A stretch of DNA of 64,000 nt from Synergistaceae bacterium UBA6083 (GTDB lineage Bacteria; Synergistota; Synergistia; Synergistales; 79-D21): NCBI GenBank assembly GCA_002436015.1, contig DIXJ01000007.1, forward strand, positions 10,256-74,255, in the 5' to 3' direction. Below, one piece after another: positions 9,002-19,054 of this stretch; within the stretch, counting starts at the first letter, position 1, and every line of letters begins with the position of its first letter. A program made the position numbers and the translations under genes. The notes beneath the pieces were generated by a model that was not told the origin of the DNA, searched no databases, and saw only the letters and a list, made by a program, of their open reading frames with translations.

Positions 9002-10990
9002 TTAATCGTTTTGTTCTCCAGAACCTGCCATTTTCTCCGCGGGCTTGGTTTTCTTCGCCTTTTGCGCCTGGAAGAGATGAAGCCCGACGAGGACGGCCAG
9101 GCCGACAAGGTCTGATTTGAGGCCCGGGATCATCAGGCCAAGGGCGCCGGCTATGGCGAGGATGCGGAATACCCAGTTGACTGGAGCCTTGTAGAAGCCG
9201 ATCGTCCCGATTCCAAGGAGGAACACGCCAATGATTGCGGTGATCACGCTGATCGTCAGGCTTAGAGGCTCCGGGTTAACCAGGACCAGCATCGGGTTGT
9301 AGATGTAAATGTACGGGACAAGGAACCCTGCCAAAGCCAGCTTCATCGCGGTAAAGCCCGTTTTCATCGCGTCTGCTCCTGCGATGCCCGCTCCCGCATA
9401 GGCAGCGAGAGCGACAGGAGGGCTCAGGTCGGCTGCGATGCCAAAGTAAAGGACGAACATGTAGGCCGCGATCGGGGGAACGCCAAGGGCGAAAAGTGCG
9501 GGCGCGGCCATCGTGCTCGTGACGATGAAGTTGGCGGTGGTCGGCAGGCCGGCTCCCAGGAGGATGCTGGTGATCATCGTCATGATCAGGGTGATGATCA
9601 GGCTTCCGTGGGCGATCTCGACAATGGCACCGGCGATCCGAAGGCCCAGCCCGGTCAGCGTCGCCATTCCTACGACCATGCCGACGGTGGCGCAGGCAGC
9701 CGCCACGCCCAGGGCCGTTCGGGCGCCGTTTTCGAGGGCGCTCTTGTATTTAGGCAGGGTCAAGGCCGTCTCCCGGTTTAAGTAGGAGCAGGCCATGTTC
9801 AGCAGGATGCCGTAAAAAGCAGCCTTGATGGGCGTGTAGCCGGCGATCAGGAAGTAAATGATTCCCACTAGGGGAATAAGGAGTTGTCCCTTGGTCCTGA
9901 GGAGGGCCCACAGGTGCGGAAGCTGTTCCCGGGGGAGTCCTTTCAAACCGAGGCGGGAGGCTTCCAGGTGAACCTGCACGATGACGGCAAGGTAGTAAAG
10001 GAGCGCGGGGATGATGGCCGCCAGGGCGACCTTGATGTAGGGGATGCCGAGGAACTCTGCCATGATGAAGGCCGCTGCGCCCATGACCGGGGGCATGATT
10101 TGGCCGCCGGTGGAAGCAACGGCTTCTACGGCCCCCGCGAAGTATGGCTTGTAGCCGACGCTTTTCATGAGCGGGATGGTGAACATCCCCGTTGTGCAGA
10201 CGTTTGCCACGGAAGAGCCGGAAATCGTTCCCATGAGGCCCGAGCTGACGACTGCGACCTTGGCGGGACCCCCTACAGACCATCCTGCGATGGCCATGGA
10301 AAGGTCGATGATGAATTTCCCCATGCCCGTCTGTTCGAGGAAGGTCCCGAACAGGATGAACATGAAGACGAACGTGGACGAGACCCCCAGGGGAACCCCG
10401 AAAATACCTTCGGTTCCGAGGTACATGTGGTTGATGATCCGGGGAATGTCAAACCCGCGGTGGGCGAACATATCCGGGAAATAGCGGCCGAAAAAGCAGT
10501 AAAGGAGGCTGAAGATGGCGATTCCGGGCAGGATCGGGTTCGACACGCGCCGCGTTGCTTCGAGGAGCACGGCGATCAGGACAAAGCCCATGGCCAGGTC
10601 GAGCGTGGTTGGCAGTCCTGCCCGCCCAACGAGTTCGTTGAAGTTGATAACCAGGTACAACGAAGAGAAAGCCGCCACGGCGGCGAGGGCCATGTCGTAC
10701 CAGGGGATGGAATCCTTTCGCCCCTTGTTGCTGGCGGGATAGAGGAGAAAGATGAGTCCAAGCGCGAACGCAAGGTGGACGGCCCCTTGCTTGATTGCCA
10801 GGAGCAGTCCCATTCCGGAGGTGTAGAGGTGAAAAAGCGACATTGAAACGGCGATTATGGAGATCAGAAGCGCCTGCCACCCGGAAAGAGTGCGGAAACG
10901 CGCCTCAACGTCGAACTTGCGCATGATCTCGTCGAGGTCAATTTGCTTGGAAGTCTCGACGATCGCGTCCTTTTCCAATTCATCTACCAA
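9002..10990 (-). CDS. TRAP transporter fused permease (4TM/12TM DctQ-DctM fusion, TAXI type)
   Basis: 662-aa polytopic membrane protein. The N-terminus RKFDVEARFRTLSGWQALLISIIAVSMSLFHLYTSG is typical of the TRAP 4TM/12TM fusion family. Confidence 0.85.
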   Translation of the reverse strand: MVDELEKDAIVETSKQIDLDEIMRKFDVEARFRTLSGWQALLISIIAVSMSLFHLYTSGMGLLLAIKQGAVHLAFALGLIFLLYPASNKGRKDSIPWYDMALAAVAAFSSLYLVINFNELVGRAGLPTTLDLAMGFVLIAVLLEATRRVSNPILPGIAIFSLLYCFFGRYFPDMFAHRGFDIPRIINHMYLGTEGIFGVPLGVSSTFVFMFILFGTFLEQTGMGKFIIDLSMAIAGWSVGGPAKVAVVSSGLMGTISGSSVANVCTTGMFTIPLMKSVGYKPYFAGAVEAVASTGGQIMPPVMGAAAFIMAEFLGIPYIKVALAAIIPALLYYLAVIVQVHLEASRLGLKGLPREQLPHLWALLRTKGQLLIPLVGIIYFLIAGYTPIKAAFYGILLNMACSYLNRETALTLPKYKSALENGARTALGVAAACATVGMVVGMATLTGLGLRIAGAIVEIAHGSLIITLIMTMITSILLGAGLPTTANFIVTSTMAAPALFALGVPPIAAYMFVLYFGIAADLSPPVALAAYAGAGIAGADAMKTGFTAMKLALAGFLVPYIYIYNPMLVLVNPEPLSLTISVITAIIGVFLLGIGTIGFYKAPVNWVFRILAIAGALGLMIPGLKSDLVGLAVLVGLHLFQAQKAKKTKPAEKMAGSGEQND

Positions 10991-11043
10991 GGTTAATCCC
11001 CCACTTCAGGAAAATGGTGTTATCCCGGAAGTACCCTTACAGT

Positions 11044-11562
11044 CTATCGCAAATCGGACCCGCATAAAACCCAGGCGGCGCGGCCTAATGGCGTGGCAAC
11101 GTTTTTAATCGAAAGCCTTTCGCCGGGGAATGTTTCAAAAAGCCGGAGCGGCCCAAAACCTTCGAGTTCCAGCACGTTCAAGCCAAGTGTTTTGTTTCCG
11201 ACCCGGTAATGGAGGTCATCCCACCGGTTTCTCCCACCGCGGAGGATAAACCAGCCCGGGGTGGAAAGGAATCGGCCGTTTCCAGGGACCTCGGTGGGGA
11301 GTCCCGCATTGTTGGATTGGAAGCGTTCCTCCCACTGCCATATTCGTCCTGAGACGACACGGTACTCATCCTCAACGGGGGTTTTCTCGAGGGAATGGAT
11401 AATCCGGCTGGTGAAGGCCCACCCCTCGGAAACAATGGCGGAGAATACCGCCACCCCGTTATCGGTGAAAATTGAAACCACGTTTACGGGCCAAGCGGCA
11501 AGGGCTATAACCAGGGATAAGAGGAAGAGAAAAAAAAGGGAAACTCTCGTTTTTCGAAACAC
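11044..11562 (-). CDS. DUF1850-like small membrane-anchored protein associated with TAXI-TRAP systems
   Basis: 172 aa with an N-terminal signal or anchor (LFFLFLLSLVIALAA). Its position immediately upstream of the fused TRAP permease matches the usual DUF1850 context. The family assignment is from memory of that context, not from a search. Confidence 0.5.
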   Translation of the reverse strand: MFRKTRVSLFFLFLLSLVIALAAWPVNVVSIFTDNGVAVFSAIVSEGWAFTSRIIHSLEKTPVEDEYRVVSGRIWQWEERFQSNNAGLPTEVPGNGRFLSTPGWFILRGGRNRWDDLHYRVGNKTLGLNVLELEGFGPLRLFETFPGERLSIKNVATPLGRAAWVLCGSDLR

Positions 11563-11585
11563 GGCATCTCCTTGTCCGAAAAATA

Positions 11586-11614
11586 GACCAAAACAAAAGG
11601 CCCCTTACAGGGCC
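11586..11614 (-). terminator. Rho-independent terminator after tRNA-Arg(CCT)
   Basis: Minus strand reads GGCCC-tgtaag-GGGCC followed by TTTTGTTTTGG. Confidence 0.6.
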
Positions 11615-11627
11615 AGTTTGCTGTTTT

Positions 11628-11704
11628 TGGCGGGCCCGGCCAGACTCGAACTGGCGACCTACGGCTTAGGAGGCCGTCGCTCTATCCACCTGAGCTACGG
11701 GCCC
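11628..11704 (-). tRNA. tRNA-Arg (anticodon CCT)
   Basis: Acceptor GGGCCCG/CGGGCCC, anticodon arm ACGGC-CTCCTAA-GCCGT, T-loop AGTTCGAGTCT, encoded CCA. Confidence 0.9.
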
Positions 11705-11744
11705 ACCGGAACGACCGATATCTTACCACGGGTCGAATAGGGCT

Positions 11745-12686
11745 TCAATCTCTCAAAGTTTCCCCAAAACTTTCGGCGAGGCGGTCCAATCGCGCTTCAT
11801 GTCCCGATGAATAGCTGCGCCAGAAGGAGTCGGCCTCCGAAATATCTTCGTGCATCCGGATGATCAGTTCCTGGATTCCTGGAAATTGAATTTCTCCCCT
11901 GAGTCGATTGAGGAAAAGGACCACAAGTTGGCGCCCGTAAAGATCACCGTTGAAATTGATCAGGTGGGCCTCGACCCGAAGGGCCCTGATTCCGGAAAAG
12001 GTGGGATTGAACCCGATGTTGAGTGCAGCTGGGTGCCACTGTTTCTCCAACAGGACCGCAGCCGTGTAGACGCCCCTTTGCGGGACAAGTTTTTCTGCAG
12101 GGATTGCCAGGTTTGCTGTCGGGAAGCCCAGCTTCCTTCCCCTCCGGTCGCCCTGTATAACGGTTCCGGAGAGGAAAAACGGGTGCCCGAGGAGGGGTTC
12201 GGCTGCACGTGTTTCCCCAATTGCTACTTTTTGCCGGATCAACGTGCTGCTGACATTTTCGTGCCCAACCCTTACCGGCGGAAGGATGTCCACCGACCAG
12301 TTTCTGGCAATCCCCTCCTCCTGCAGAAAAACACAATTTCCCGATCTTCCCCTGCCGAAATGAAAGTTTTCACCCACGACCAGGCCGGAAATTCCGTAGC
12401 TCTGGCCGATCCAGTCCAGGAAATCCGATGGTTTCATGTCAGCGAGCCCCCTCGTGAAGGGGATTCTTTCGAAGCGCGGAATTCGGTGAAAACGGCCCAG
12501 GGCTTCCCTTTCGGACTCCGTAAACAGATAACGGAAGGACGTTCCGCCGAACAGGGCCTGCGGGTGAGGACGAAAAGTGAGCACGCCCCACTCATCATTC
12601 CGGCAATGAGCTCGTTCCCTGGCGGTTTCGAAAAGGCGGGCATGCCCGAGGTGAAATCCGTCAAAGGCTCCAAGTGCGGCAATCAT
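11745..12686 (-). CDS. ribF: Bifunctional riboflavin kinase / FAD synthetase
   Basis: 313 aa. N-terminal GAFDGFHLGHARL nucleotidyltransferase motif and C-terminal riboflavin kinase (GFPTANL...). Follows truB as in many genomes. Confidence 0.93.
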   Translation of the reverse strand: MIAALGAFDGFHLGHARLFETARERAHCRNDEWGVLTFRPHPQALFGGTSFRYLFTESEREALGRFHRIPRFERIPFTRGLADMKPSDFLDWIGQSYGISGLVVGENFHFGRGRSGNCVFLQEEGIARNWSVDILPPVRVGHENVSSTLIRQKVAIGETRAAEPLLGHPFFLSGTVIQGDRRGRKLGFPTANLAIPAEKLVPQRGVYTAAVLLEKQWHPAALNIGFNPTFSGIRALRVEAHLINFNGDLYGRQLVVLFLNRLRGEIQFPGIQELIIRMHEDISEADSFWRSYSSGHEARLDRLAESFGETLRD

Positions 12687-13612
12687 GGCTGCTCCCCAAG
12701 AGCAAGGACTACATCCGGCCTGTAGCAGAAAAGTCCTTTTGACGTTTCTTCCGGCAATGCGAAGCAGGCAAGATTCTCTGTTCGAAGCGCGACATGTCCA
12801 GATTCGGGGATAAGCCCCCAGTGGGCCCTCACCAGGGAATCAAAGGGGATTGGCCGGCCGTTTCGAACGTCCTTTTCGAGTTCCTGCGGAACGCGGTAGG
12901 TGACGAAATGATCCAGCAACCGGTCGAGTGGCAGCAGTGTCTTTTCGGGAAACGCCGGGCCAATCGTGGCAAGGGTCTCCAGGGGCAGGGAATTTTCGAG
13001 GCTGAACCGGCCAATGGAAAGTCTCTTCAGGGAAACCACGTAGGCTCCGCAGCTGAGTCTGTTCCCAAGATCGCGGACCAGGCTGCGAACGTAGGTTCCC
13101 TTGTGACATCGGATTTTAAAGCGGATCCTGCCTTGGGGATCAGGTCCCGACGCCTCGGAAAAGGAGGTGATCGTGACGGGGCGGGACGACAGGCATGTCG
13201 TTTCTCCCGAACGTGTCAATTCGTGAGCTCGCCTTCCTGCGACATGGACGGCCGATATCGAAGGCGGAACCTGGAGGCGCATTCCAAGAAAGCCCAGAAT
13301 TTCCCTTTCGACTCTTTCATGTGTAACGTGGGCCCACCCTGCTTTTGCCTTGATAAGACCGGACGCATCGTCCGTATCCGAGAAGGCTCCAAGCTGTGCT
13401 TCCACGACATACGTCTTCGGCAGGTTTTGGACGAAGGAACAGGTGCGTGTGGCGGCTCCCACGAGAAGAACCAGCAAACCCGAAGCGGGACTGTCGAGGG
13501 TTCCCCCGTGCCCGACCTTGGATTTCCTGCCAAGCATTTTCCAGACCTTCTCGACACAACCCGTGCTGGTTTCGCCCGCTTGCTTGTCCAAAATAAAAAG
13601 TCCGTCAGCCAT
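12683..13612 (-). CDS. truB: tRNA pseudouridine(55) synthase
   Basis: GHGGTLDSPASGLLVLLVG catalytic Asp motif. ATGA overlap with ribF. Confidence 0.93.
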   Translation of the reverse strand: MADGLFILDKQAGETSTGCVEKVWKMLGRKSKVGHGGTLDSPASGLLVLLVGAATRTCSFVQNLPKTYVVEAQLGAFSDTDDASGLIKAKAGWAHVTHERVEREILGFLGMRLQVPPSISAVHVAGRRAHELTRSGETTCLSSRPVTITSFSEASGPDPQGRIRFKIRCHKGTYVRSLVRDLGNRLSCGAYVVSLKRLSIGRFSLENSLPLETLATIGPAFPEKTLLPLDRLLDHFVTYRVPQELEKDVRNGRPIPFDSLVRAHWGLIPESGHVALRTENLACFALPEETSKGLFCYRPDVVLALGEQP

Positions 13613-14600
13613 GGAATTCGCGCATCTCTTCCCTGAAAATATCTATGGCTCTTTCGATCGGAAGCGACAGCCGCATCCCGGCGGCATTCGGATGCCCTCC
13701 GCCTCCATGCTTGTGGGCAACCTCCGCTGCAGAAATCTTTCCTCTCGACCGAAGGCTCACCCTAACGCTGGAGTTGTTCTCGACAAGGAGGGCGGAAAAT
13801 TGTGAATCCCTGATGCGCAACAGGTCGCTTGATAAACCCTCGGTTTCGGAAAAATCCGCTCCCGTTTCTTCAAAATCGCTTTTTGAGAGCCACGTGAACG
13901 CAATCCCCCGATCCGGGTCATAATCCAGCTTTGAAAATGCCCGCCCTCTCAGCCTGAGGGCTTGTGGGTTCAAGTTGCAGTAAAGCAGCAGGTCCATTAG
14001 TTCAGGACGTATCCCCCTCTCGAGGAGGTCGGATGCGATTCGATGAGAGCGGGGAGTTGTACACGAGTAGGAGAACCTTCCAGTGTCCGTGACGAGCCCT
14101 GCATAGAGCCCCATCGCTTCATCAAGGGAGAGGCTGCCCCCCATCCGGCGGAGAATTTCCCAGGCCAGCTCAGCTGTCGCCCCGGCGTGCGGATCGACGA
14201 GGTTCACCGTCGCAAACCTGGAGTTGTCGCCATGGTGGTCGATATTGACGGAGGGCAACCCGGAAAGACCCGAAACGGAGAGGGTCCTTTCGGGAGTTGT
14301 CGTGTCAATGAAGACGAGGAGGGATTCTTCCGTGGCGGAGAGGTCACGGGCGACCTCGTAGCGATCCGATCCCGGGAGAAATGCGTAGCTTCCGGGGATT
14401 GGGTCGGGTCCCATCCACCGAGCGGATTTTCCAAAGCGAGCCGCAAAGCGATAAAATGCACTTCCGCAGCCAAGCGTATCTCCGTCCGGTTGCTCGTGAG
14501 AAAGGAGAATCCATTGCGGATACTTGCTCAGTTCGGCAACCACTTTGAGGAGGGCATCCGAAGGGGGCATTTCCGTGTTATTCGTCCTCGCCATCATCAA
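13605..14600 (-). CDS. nrnA: DHH/DHHA1 phosphoesterase (NrnA-like nanoRNase / pAp phosphatase)
   Basis: DGDTLGC, NIDHHGDN and GGGHPNAAG motifs. Sits between rbfA and truB. The start could also be the downstream Met (MPPSDALL at 14570). Confidence 0.8.
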   Translation of the reverse strand: MMMARTNNTEMPPSDALLKVVAELSKYPQWILLSHEQPDGDTLGCGSAFYRFAARFGKSARWMGPDPIPGSYAFLPGSDRYEVARDLSATEESLLVFIDTTTPERTLSVSGLSGLPSVNIDHHGDNSRFATVNLVDPHAGATAELAWEILRRMGGSLSLDEAMGLYAGLVTDTGRFSYSCTTPRSHRIASDLLERGIRPELMDLLLYCNLNPQALRLRGRAFSKLDYDPDRGIAFTWLSKSDFEETGADFSETEGLSSDLLRIRDSQFSALLVENNSSVRVSLRSRGKISAAEVAHKHGGGGHPNAAGMRLSLPIERAIDIFREEMREFHG

Positions 14601-14982
14601 AGCCGGGGTCCCCTTCTTCCAAGGGGCCTTCGCAGATGGGGGTTGAGCCCTTTAGGCGGTCGAGGACAGCGTCCATCACGCGTGCTTTTTCTTCGCTAAG
14701 ATCGACGATAAAGCGAAACTCGGGGATAGTGCGGAGGCGCATTTCCTTGCCCAGAATGCTTCGGACAAGGCCCTCCACGGAATCCAGGCCAGCCTTGACG
14801 GCTTCCTGTTCGGCCGGGTTGATCGTCGTGAAGTAGACCTTGGCAAAACCGAGATCCCGAGAGCACTCCACTCCTGTCAGGATCGCCTTTCGAGCCCACT
14901 CGTTCTTGATGCGGCCCTGAAGGAGCAGCGAGATTTCCCTCAAAAATTCCTTGTTAATCCTCTCTATTCGAAAACTCGTCAT
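14578..14982 (-). CDS. rbfA: Ribosome-binding factor A
   Basis: MTSFRIERINKEFLREISLLL...VYFT... matches RbfA. The internal ATG at 14982 is preferred over the ORF-track start at 15081. Confidence 0.88.
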   Translation of the reverse strand: MTSFRIERINKEFLREISLLLQGRIKNEWARKAILTGVECSRDLGFAKVYFTTINPAEQEAVKAGLDSVEGLVRSILGKEMRLRTIPEFRFIVDLSEEKARVMDAVLDRLKGSTPICEGPLEEGDPGFDDGEDE

Positions 14983-15325
14983 AGGAACCGACCTTTCTTC
15001 GCGAGGCGAGCATTTCGAAATCCAGGCTACAGGCTCCCCGGTCGAGAACGCCTTCCACCTGGTCCAAGATGAAGCGTACATGGCCTATTTCGTTCGCGGT
15101 GCAAGCGAACGAAAGGCAGGCTTTCGTCCACGAATCTTGCGGGCCCAGGTCGGACGCGGAAACGTTCGCGCATCTCCTGGCCTGTTCCAGGAGGGAACGG
15201 ACGACTTGCCGCCGGTCCTTCAGGCTCCTGCTCCCCGGTATTTCGATATCCGTGAGCAGGAGCCCGAAATAACAGGCTGGGCCATTTAATCGAAGTGGCG
15301 TTTCTCCTCCACGATCTCGTAGCAT
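14954..15325 (-). CDS. DUF503 (YlxP-like) protein
   Basis: Contains GLLLTDIEIPGSRSLKDRRQVVRSLL, typical of DUF503, which lies between infB and rbfA in Firmicutes-type operons. The start is uncertain: there is no ATG/GTG/TTG in frame between the infB stop (15286) and the conserved core, and the first in-frame ATG (15325) overlaps infB by 40 nt. Confidence 0.7.
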   Translation of the reverse strand: MLRDRGGETPLRLNGPACYFGLLLTDIEIPGSRSLKDRRQVVRSLLEQARRCANVSASDLGPQDSWTKACLSFACTANEIGHVRFILDQVEGVLDRGACSLDFEMLASRRKVGSYDEFSNRED

Positions 15326-17271
15326 TCGACGTGGTCGCCTTCCTTGAAGTCGTGGAAATTCGTGAAGCTCATCCCGCACTCGAAACCGTTTGTCACTTCC
15401 CGGGCGTCATCCTTGAAGCGCTTGAGGCTGGATAAGGTCCCGTCCCAGTAAACGACCCCATCCCGGATCAGGCGGATTTTTCCGTTGCGGCGGATCGTTC
15501 CCTCAAGGACATAGCTCCCGGCAATCTTCCCTACCTTGGGTACCTTGAAGGAAGCCCTGATCTCGGCCTGTCCAAGGATCTTTTCCCTGAGGGCCGGCGC
15601 CAGGAGGCCTTCCATGGCTGAACGGATATCGTCAATGACATCGTAGATGATGTTGTAAAGTCGGATTTCTATGCCTTCCGCATCCGAGATCTTCTTTGCA
15701 TTCGAATCAGGGCGGACATTGAAACCGATGATAACCGCCTTGGACGCGGCTGCAAGCATGACGTCAGACTCCGAAATGCGACCGACCCCTTCATGGACAA
15801 TGTTGATGCCGACTTCGTCGGTTCCGAGCTTCAGCAGCGATCCTCTCAAAGCTTCCAGGGATCCCTGCACGTCGCATTTCAGCACGAGGCTGAACACGCT
15901 GGTTTCCCCTTCCTTAAGTTGCTGGTAGAACTCCTCGAGGGTCAACCGGCGAGCGGTTCCCCGCTCGGCTTCCCTGAGTTCCTGGGTCCGGGAATCAATG
16001 CAATCGCGAGCCTCGCGCTCGTTCAGCGCCTTCCTGAAACGTTCCCCTGGACTTGGCAGGCTGTCAAGGCCCAGGACTTCGACGGGTGTGCTTGGTCCAG
16101 CTTCGACGACCCATGCACCCTGGTCGTCCAAGAGGCCGCGAACGCGCCCACATGTGCTCTCGCAAAGAATGATGTCGCCGCGGCGGAGGGTTCCATTCTG
16201 GACGATCAGGGTCGCAACGGGGCCCTTGCCCTTGTCAAGCTTGGCCTCCACGACGACGCCTTCGCCATCCTGGGCTGGGTCAGCCTTCAACTCAGCCATT
16301 TCTGCCACGAGCAGGATCATTTCGAGCAATTGGTCCATACCGAGCCCGGACTTGGCCGACACGTCGACAAAGACGGTGTCTCCGCCCCACTCCTCCGGGA
16401 TCAGTCCCTGGTCTGAGAGTTGCTGGCGAACGCGATCGGGACGCGCATCGGGCTTGTCTATCTTGTTGACGGCAACGATGATCGGCACACCGGCTGCCTT
16501 AGCATGGTTCAAGGCTTCAACGGTTTGCGGCATGACCCCGTCGTCCGCCGCGCAGACGAGAATCGCGATATCGGTTACCTGTGCCCCGCGGGCGCGCATG
16601 GAGGTGAAAGCCTCATGCCCCGGAGTATCCAGGAAGACGATCTTCTTTCCTTCGCGCTCGACGACCGAAGCCCCGATATGTTGGGTGATTCCCCCGGCTT
16701 CCTTGTCCGCGACGGCTGTCTTGCGAATGTAGTCCAGCAGTGTGGTTTTGCCATGGTCAACATGTCCCATGACCGTCACGATGGGGGGCCTGTCAACCAT
16801 GCCGCTTTCCAAGGGGGCCTTCTTCTTGCGGATGGTGGGAACTTCCTGCAGGGGTTCGGCCTCCTGCAAAAGTTTCAGGTGTTTCCCCGCAAGTTCTTCG
16901 ATCTTGGAAAGGGTGACTTCGTCAATCCTGGCTGTTGCCGGGACCATCAGGCCAGTCGTGACCAAGTACTTGACCACTTCTGCCGTTCCCAGGCCCAGCC
17001 TTTCGGCGACTTCCCGAATCGTGATCCCGGCTGGGATTTCCACTGTTTCAGGCAAGAAAGGATATTCCTCGATAGCCGGGCGCGCCGTTCCTGTGGCAGA
17101 GTCTTTCTTACGGCGCTCCCGGACTGTTTCCTCCAGAATTTGCGCAACATCCGTGTCAATGGAACTCATGTGCGTTTTCACGTCTACAGCCAGGGCCTGA
17201 AGGATTTCCATCAACTCCTTGTTGGAAACCTCCAGCATCTTGGCGAGTTCGTAAACTCTGATCTTACTCAA
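15286..17271 (-). CDS. infB: Translation initiation factor IF-2
   Basis: 661 aa. G-domain [29 protein letters not shown]. Operon context. Confidence 0.98.
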   Translation of the reverse strand: MSKIRVYELAKMLEVSNKELMEILQALAVDVKTHMSSIDTDVAQILEETVRERRKKDSATGTARPAIEEYPFLPETVEIPAGITIREVAERLGLGTAEVVKYLVTTGLMVPATARIDEVTLSKIEELAGKHLKLLQEAEPLQEVPTIRKKKAPLESGMVDRPPIVTVMGHVDHGKTTLLDYIRKTAVADKEAGGITQHIGASVVEREGKKIVFLDTPGHEAFTSMRARGAQVTDIAILVCAADDGVMPQTVEALNHAKAAGVPIIVAVNKIDKPDARPDRVRQQLSDQGLIPEEWGGDTVFVDVSAKSGLGMDQLLEMILLVAEMAELKADPAQDGEGVVVEAKLDKGKGPVATLIVQNGTLRRGDIILCESTCGRVRGLLDDQGAWVVEAGPSTPVEVLGLDSLPSPGERFRKALNEREARDCIDSRTQELREAERGTARRLTLEEFYQQLKEGETSVFSLVLKCDVQGSLEALRGSLLKLGTDEVGINIVHEGVGRISESDVMLAAASKAVIIGFNVRPDSNAKKISDAEGIEIRLYNIIYDVIDDIRSAMEGLLAPALREKILGQAEIRASFKVPKVGKIAGSYVLEGTIRRNGKIRLIRDGVVYWDGTLSSLKRFKDDAREVTNGFECGMSFTNFHDFKEGDHVECYEIVEEKRHFD

Positions 17272-17609
17272 ATGACATCACCTTCCCGTCTCAAATCCTC
17301 CAGGAGCATTTCGGCAAACTGACTAGCCATAGGCAAGCCCACAACCTGGGCTGAAGCGAGCCCCAAGGCTGCTCCGAGTTCCCAGCGCGAGACCGATTCC
17401 AGATTAACGACGCGATCCCCTCTCTTTGCTGCTGCTGACAGGAACCTGCGTTCCACCGCAGGAGAAGCATCGTTTGAAAGAAACAGGAGAAACGGAGCTT
17501 TTCCTGCCGAGATCTCCGCTCTTATCCTGTCCTGTCCGATCACGGCCAAGCCAGCCCGGCGCACGAGCCCCAATTTCAGCAGGAGGCTTCGCTTTAGCCC
17601 ATCGGTCAA
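17268..17609 (-). CDS. L7Ae/L30e-family RNA-binding protein (YlxQ-like)
   Basis: 113 aa: LGLVRRAGLAVIGQDRI...FLLFLSNDASP. Position between ylxR and infB. Confidence 0.75.
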   Translation of the reverse strand: MTDGLKRSLLLKLGLVRRAGLAVIGQDRIRAEISAGKAPFLLFLSNDASPAVERRFLSAAAKRGDRVVNLESVSRWELGAALGLASAQVVGLPMASQFAEMLLEDLRREGDVI

Positions 17610-17611
17610 GC

Positions 17612-17917
17612 CTAATCCTCCTTCGCGGAAAGGCTTGCGATTGCCGCCGCGATTTCTTCATAAAAGGAGGCTGGAACCTCGACCTTGAGGCACCGGGAAA
17701 GAGCCTTCCTTCGGCGGGCTTCCTTCAGGCATTCGAGGTTGGTGCAAAGGTAAGCACCTCGTCCTGGCGCCCGTCCTGTAAAGTCGATCGCAAGTTCGCC
17801 ATCTTTATTTCTTACGATCCTGATCAGGCCCTTTTTCGCAGATTCAACCCCGCACCCTATACAGGTCCGCGGGCGGATTCTCCTTACTGTTTGCGCTCCT
17901 GTTTCTCTTCGGACCAT
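17612..17917 (-). CDS. YlxR/RnpM-family (DUF448) RNA-binding protein
   Basis: RTCIGCG...LIRIV....GRGAYLC motif. Lies downstream of nusA. Confidence 0.85.
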   Translation of the reverse strand: MVRRETGAQTVRRIRPRTCIGCGVESAKKGLIRIVRNKDGELAIDFTGRAPGRGAYLCTNLECLKEARRRKALSRCLKVEVPASFYEEIAAAIASLSAKED

Positions 17918-19026
17918 AAGTCCTTCGTTTCTCCCTTGATTATATCTTCAAAGAGATCCTGCAAGGTGGGCATCCTCTCGGGTTCCAGCACCTTAATGTC
18001 GATTTTCCAGCCTGTCAGCCGGGCAGCAAGGCGGACGTTTTGTCCGGCCTTCCCGATCGCCAGCGAAAGCTGATCGGGCCGCACGTAAACCTTAACGGAT
18101 TTCTCCGATTCCAGGACGGGTTCGACTTTCACGACCTTCGCTGGGGAAAGTGAATTTCGCACGTACTGGAGTGGGTCCGTGTTCCAGATGATGATGTCGA
18201 TGCGTTCGTCACGAAGTTCGGCGCTGATAGACTTGATGCGGGTTCCCTTGTTCCCGACGCATGCCCCGACGGGGTCGACGTTCGGATCCAGTGTCGAGAC
18301 GGCGACCTTGGCCCTGGCTCCGGCTTCTCGGACGATGCCCCGGATCTCCACAGTTCCCTCTCGAATTTCCGGCACCTCGAGTTCCAGCAGCCGGCGCAAA
18401 AGTCCCGGGTGCGTACGGGAGACGACAATTCGAGGTCCCTTGCTCGTCCGGCGCACGTCCAGGAGAAGGAATTTCATCCGCTCTCCTGAATTGTAGGCTT
18501 CTGCCAGGATGCGTTCCTCCCGGGGGAGAATCGCTTCGGACCGTTCGTTCAGGCGGACGAGGACCTGGTCCCCTTCGGACTTGAATATGACCCCATTCAC
18601 GAGATTGCCGATACGGTCGGAAAACTCCTCGAAAATGACCTGTCGCTCCGCGTCCTTGATCCTCTGGAGAATAACCTGTCGGGCTGTCTGGGCCGCGATT
18701 CGCCCGAAATCTTCCGGGAAGACCTCGACACGAACAAGATCCCCAACGGAGATGTCGGGAAGGCCCATGCTTTCGGCTTCGGCCACGGTCATTTGGGTGT
18801 CCGGGTCCGTGACCTCTTCGCTGACTTGCTTGACCTCGTAAAGAACCATCGCGCCGTTTTCGGGTTCGATATGGACCTCTACGTTCTGGTTGCCCCCCCG
18901 GTGCTTACGGTAAGAGGAAACAAGGGCAGCTTCGAGGCTCGAGATGATGATTTCCGACGATAGCCCCTTTTCCTGCTCAATTTGCTTCAAGGCCTTGATG
19001 AAATCCTTTCCGAGCTGCATGGTCAT
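17884..19026 (-). CDS. nusA: Transcription termination/antitermination factor NusA
   Basis: 380 aa with S1 and two KH domains (VSRTHPGLLRRLLELEVPEIREG, GACVGNKGTRIKSI, IGKAGQNVRLAARLTGWKIDI). Confidence 0.97.
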   Translation of the reverse strand: MTMQLGKDFIKALKQIEQEKGLSSEIIISSLEAALVSSYRKHRGGNQNVEVHIEPENGAMVLYEVKQVSEEVTDPDTQMTVAEAESMGLPDISVGDLVRVEVFPEDFGRIAAQTARQVILQRIKDAERQVIFEEFSDRIGNLVNGVIFKSEGDQVLVRLNERSEAILPREERILAEAYNSGERMKFLLLDVRRTSKGPRIVVSRTHPGLLRRLLELEVPEIREGTVEIRGIVREAGARAKVAVSTLDPNVDPVGACVGNKGTRIKSISAELRDERIDIIIWNTDPLQYVRNSLSPAKVVKVEPVLESEKSVKVYVRPDQLSLAIGKAGQNVRLAARLTGWKIDIKVLEPERMPTLQDLFEDIIKGETKDLWSEEKQERKQ

Positions 19027-19054
19027 GCCTCCTCAAAACCTCAGTGCTTGCGTT

